A stretch of 64,000 nucleotides of DNA from NCBI GenBank assembly GCA_964106645.2, contig OZ067046.1; one strand, given 5' to 3'. Below the pieces are notes generated by a model. The model searched no databases, was not told the origin of the DNA, and was given only the letters and a program-made list of their open reading frames with translations. Below are positions 59,101 through 64,000 of this stretch, piece after piece. Numbering within the stretch: position 1 is the stretch's first letter; every line of letters starts with the position of its first letter. The position numbers and the translations under genes are program-made. Origin of the DNA: Podarcis pityusensis. Taxonomy: Eukaryota.

Positions 59101-60902
59101 TAAGAAGACCATTTTTAGCATTATTGTTGGCTTCATACTTGTGCGTATCTTTCAGTTTGCTGGATATTTTGTAACTATTAAACAATGGCTTTTTAGTCTT
59201 TTGAGCCATATTTATTGTATCTTCCAAACGCTCTACAACAACATGTAGATTTGTGTTTCGTACAATCTTATTTATATCTTCGTTGCTGCACGTCTGGGCC
59301 TGTAAATCTTTGAGCATTTTTTCTCTTTCCATGCAGTTAGGTTTTTTCCCGTTTGAGGATTTTTGAAATAAAAAATTGTTTGTCACATACACAGAGCACC
59401 ACACAGGAGGAATAACATTATGTTTGGTCCTGTCCAACATCCTATCATCATCTCCCTTCACAGAGACTGGATCCATATGTAGTTCACAATTTCCATGTGT
59501 TTTAGCCAAGCGGTTTTGGGATGCTGTAGAAGTATTTTCTGAAAATGCTACTAAACCAGAATTGGTCTCTGAATTATTCAGAAGTAGTTCTACTGTCTCT
59601 TCTTGACCTATTGGCAAAGACTTTGATTTAATGGGAGAAAATAGCTGATATTTATTTTCATTAATTTGTAAAGAATGATCTTTTGATGTGCTATGATTTT
59701 CATTTTTGTTTGGTGATAGTTTGTAATTTTTTTTCACATTTCTTTTTGAATTTGCCTTTTTCCTTATGAAGGTTTCATCCAGACTGGCTATCTCTCTCTT
59801 AATTTGCAACGATTGTCTTTTAAACAGTGATGAATCAGGGGAATTATGCAGTGCAAATAAGGTTTCTTGCCGTTTGCGAAATCGTGTTTGGATAATTTTA
59901 TTTTCTGCTTCTTTGTCATGCTGGCTCAACAACTCCATAAAATTATAATCATTTGCCTTAGCATCATGTAAGAGAGAGGTTATGAAGCTCTGTAATTTAA
60001 TATCAGATTCTGTTCTCCCATCACTCTTAGATAATTTTGCAAGATTTGCTGTATCAGTAGTTTCAATTGATTTTAATTTCTCATTAATTCGATCCATTAA
60101 GTCCTGAAAGGCGGCAGCATTTTCAACTTTTTCAAGCTTATCAGAATTTATAAGGCTAGTTTCTTGATTTGCACTTAGAAAAGTCTTATCCACGTTACCG
60201 GCCACTTCTGCAATGCATAATTTATTTTTCGGTTCACACACAGAACAACTTCTTTCAGCTCGCGACAGGGAAGGAGGCTGATTACGATTCATTTCAAGTC
60301 TATTTAGAGATCCTTCAACTGATTCCTCCAAATAATCATATTCATCAGCTTCCACAGGTGATAATGTAGGTGGCGAAGGGCTGTGGCCTCTGCTAGCTTT
60401 GTTAATCTTTTGCCCTGCTGAAACGAGATTTGTACAAAGTGCTGTTCTTGCCGCGTGGCTCTTAGACTCCTTTAACTGTTTGAGGCAGCACCTAGGAGGA
60501 CTAGAAGGCACAGGATTCCCTTTGTTTACCACTGTGTTAACATATCCAACAGTCACAGACTGGAACGACAAACGATCTAAGTCTTTCACAGAGACTGACA
60601 GAGGTGGCAAACAAGTATTTGGTCTTTGATTTTGTAAACAGCACCTTTTCATTTGCATGTTGCCATCACAACTGCAGACTGGAATGTGCACATCATCTTC
60701 AGATGCTTTTGAATGTATAGTTTGCGGCAGTTGGCAACTGCCAACAGAATCAATACACGATTCTTGGATTAAAAATTTCAACATAGCTAAAATCTGATGC
60801 CCGTGATAAGAGCATAACGATTCCAAAACCTTGCTTAGAGCAGAATTTCCTCTTTCCAATTTAGATGTTTCCTCTGATTTTGCATCATCTGTTGCACTTG
60901 AA
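56173..60902 (-). CDS. LCORL: LCORL giant alternative exon encoding the PALI2-specific region (3 AT-hooks and PIP/DUF4553-like PRC2-interaction region)
   Basis: Uninterrupted 1583-aa ORF. Acceptor cttttcgttttcag|T at 60902, donor CTGG|gtaagt at 56173 (4730 nt). SALSKVLESLCSYH resembles recalled PALI1 SPLEKFMVKLCTHH. WFMQTTETQSL and KHFKKF motifs are present. Synteny convergent with NCAPG. Confidence 0.93.
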
Positions 60903-61649
60903 CTGAAAACGAAAAGCAGATCAAAACAAAAAGGAAATTGCAGTTAAATATGGCACAATATGACTGAAGATTAATTCTGATAAGGTACCAAAACTCTTAT
61001 TTCAAAAGTTACAGTTCCCCTGAGGTTCTGCATATACATTGTATGGAACACATACAACATTAATGAATCTGCTAACATTATGTGCTACAACAGTAAGAAA
61101 AACTCAAGCTTGGCTAATAAATTATTTTTTAGTCAGATAGATTCTCCAATATAAAATATGCAACTGCACCTTCCATAAAATAGTCTAACCACAGAAATAA
61201 TAAGCCTTCATTTACTCCAGTGAGATAATATTTTAATTTAAACAATAGTCACGATATGGTTGTCATACTAATCACATTTTAACTATGAGTAAATTACATT
61301 TAAATCAATAGGACTCTGGGCCGCTTCACACATGGCCAATTTCTAATACAAATATCATGTCTTAATAGCAAATTTCGTGAGTTCTAAAAGTACATTTTGT
61401 GCTACAAAAGCACACAGCGCAGGGAAAAAACCCTCAGTTGGTTGATGGTTTCCCCTACTAGTACATGGAGCAAAACATACACATTTGAATTTATCAGACA
61501 TGACTGTATATTTGTTTTTATTTTGAGTATATATTTTGTGGTTTTATATTTTGATTTTGTTCTGTGAACCACCCTGAGACCTCCGGGTATAGGGTGGTAT
61601 ATAAATTCAATAAATAATAATAATATATTCAAGATGTAATGAACTTCCT

Positions 61650-64000
61650 ACAAGAATGTCGTATTTCCATACAGGAAATTAGCCATTTGGTAAGCAACCC
61701 TTACTCTGAAAAAAATGTGTTCTGGAAGTGAAACACTGATATTAAATTTCATTTGATGCTTATTTAGGTTAAGTTACCAGTTAAATGAGAAATGTAGTAG
61801 TTCCTTTTATATCTTGAATTTAAGAAATCAGTATTATTTAAAAAAGCTTTACTTGGGCCAGACTATTTCCAATCTCTTTCTAAACAGGCAGCAGTCTGCT
61901 AAACATAAAAAAAAAAAAAAAAAAAAAAATTGAATGGATACTGTGTAATGTTGGATATTTAACCACCCACTGAAGGTATTGTTCTAAAAATGCTGGCTTT
62001 TCTTTTAAAATCTGCATTGCATATATGAATCTGGACCCTGTGTTGCTTTAGTTCACTCAAAACTTTACATGAATGGTTTTCCTCATTCCTTTCAAGGACA
62101 GAGTCAACTCTTGCTCTTATAGAACTATGTTGTCCTTCATTTAAATAAATGGGAAAGCCCTTATGGGTGCCCACAACATGACAACTGTGTGTAGTGGGTA
62201 CCATTTTTAAAGTCACTGTACAACTGAGTCAATGAAAAGGAACCAAGTGCACATATATTTCAATTTATAGGACAAGTCTATCTATCTATGGAAATCAATG
62301 TAGTTTTTATAGTTTAGAGTAAATCTATATGGATGTAAATAGGGCTTCAACTAAAATAACCAGTTAAATATTTTCTCTAACTACATAATATTTAAAACTA
62401 TTACTACTTACCTAATGATTAATTCAAACTGAAAAGCTAATAGCTCATAGCAGAAAGTAAATACAGATCTAAGAACAACATTCCTCAATCATTAACATCT
62501 ATCAATATTTTAAAAAGTACTGATTCAGAGAAGTTAACTTATATTAATATAATTCTGTTTCAGAAAAGTATGTATATTCAAACATATCACCAAACTCTGA
62601 ACATGACACTAGCTGTCCATTTTTCTTTTCTAAAATATTTAGTGTTTATAGCTTTAACCTTATAAATTGCAGAAAATGTTTTTTTTAAGATATACTTTAT
62701 CAGATCACATGTAGCATTAGTACTGCTGTTGATTCAGAAGTTGTAAAGCATAGTCTTGCTCTTGTCTAAAAATAATATAGAATTTCTCTAGATTTACACT
62801 ATTCCAGTCCCTGTTAACAGATTAAAAGCTCCAAATTTACATGTCAAGTGCTCCTAGGTTACCAAGAGTATAGAGTATTCTTTTGATGGCTCAGGTAGCT
62901 CTGAATAACGATTGTGAAGTAGCCCCAAAGAAAGGAAGACCCAAAGCCCATTGATAGAGAACATGCCTAGAAGCGAACATAAAATACAATATTTTATGTC
63001 TTTAGCTAAAATAACTGAGGCTGTAGGGCTGGAAAAGACCTCCATTTGAGACTTTGGAAAACCACTGCTGGTCAGGTTATGCAACGGTGGCCTAAAAGGA
63101 CCAATAAGCTAAATCTTTACAATCGAAGTTCATTTATGTTTATGTGCAACTGTAGTGCATCAATTATAGTGTTGGTGGTGCAAAGTGGGTTTGGTACCAT
63201 TGACTTCATATCATGTAAGTGTGACACAGAAAAAAATAAAACTTCCTGTTATTGATCATATATAAAAGTCTCATTCTGACTTTTCACTGATTTAGATGGG
63301 ACTTTAAATCCCTTCAGCAGCCATAGTCTATCCATCTATGAATGGAGACGATCTCTAGAGGTCAGTAAGCAACTGATATAATAAAAACCCAAGTTTTGCA
63401 CTGGGTTATAGAAGACCCGTGTTCAGGCAATGTAGATATTGCAATCAGGCTTAATTCAGCAAAAATAAGGGGGGAGCTCCTTCACCCCCATTATCCTGGG
63501 TAACAGGATTTAGAAACACTTGTTTACCCCCCCCCTACAGTTCTTCCCTTAAAACTATCCATTTGCACAATTACTAGTACAGTATGTGCAAGATTACCTC
63601 CTACTGAAAAGGCCATGGAAAAAGTCAAGCCATGCTTCCCAGCAACCAGGTTACAATGAGAAAAAAGTCATCTTGCAAAATATTCAGTTTCAGAATGTGT
63701 TCTATAAACTTGAATAGTCAAGCACAATAATTTAGATTGGCATGATACCAGTCATTCCCTTTTACAAAGTAAATAATCTCTGCAAGGAAATGTATGCATT
63801 AAAAATGTTTGTATGAATTTCTCAGACCTTTCCACTTCAAATATAAATGTCAGCCCCTAATTGTGAAAGAATGACATGCTTCATGTTATTAGGGCACCAA
63901 GAATGGCAGAGAAATAAACTATAAATGTATCTGAAGGTATGATTCCCATCAGTGATAAAGATTGTAGAAAAGGAAACAAGAGGTAGTACATACATATACC
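61650..64000 (-). other. LCORL: Possible 3'UTR of the canonical (HTH) LCORL isoform, or conserved intron
   Basis: AT-rich with no recognisable TE; a 23-nt A run at 61907-61929 (poly-U on - strand). Position fits the recalled mammalian order of HTH exon and long UTR followed by the PALI2 exon. Confidence 0.35.

Noticed and set aside
56108-60859. Stand-alone single-exon 1583-aa gene
   Set aside because: Starts at TTG, the frame continues up to a splice acceptor at 60902, and a donor lies at 56173; it is an internal LCORL exon.

Overview
Eukaryotic genomic DNA from a squamate reptile, most likely a lacertid lizard, judging by Sauria/Squam SINEs, Bov-B, CR1, L1, L2 and lizard MITEs. The window covers the conserved NCAPG-LCORL locus. 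On the + strand is a complete NCAPG gene (condensin I subunit CAP-G). It has a CpG-island cell-cycle promoter (about 4950-5520), a probable non-coding first exon, and 21 coding exons from ATG 7554 to TAA 41501. These splice by hand with consistent phases and GT-AG sites into about 1033 aa. On the - strand, convergent with NCAPG, is the 3' part of LCORL. This comprises an intact 4730-nt PALI2-specific giant exon (56173-60902; three AT-hooks and the PRC2-interacting PIP region), a probable small coding exon (49371-49480), and a terminal exon from 43519 downward. That terminal exon appears homologous to the coding last exon of the human short LCORL isoform but is frame-disrupted here. The 5' LCORL exons lie beyond the window. 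Introns hold many nested transposable elements with readable TSDs, including a chimeric SINE insertion and a palindrome carrying a transposon excision footprint. No prokaryote-type or wholly new gene system was found. Orthologue comparisons are from memory, not database searches.
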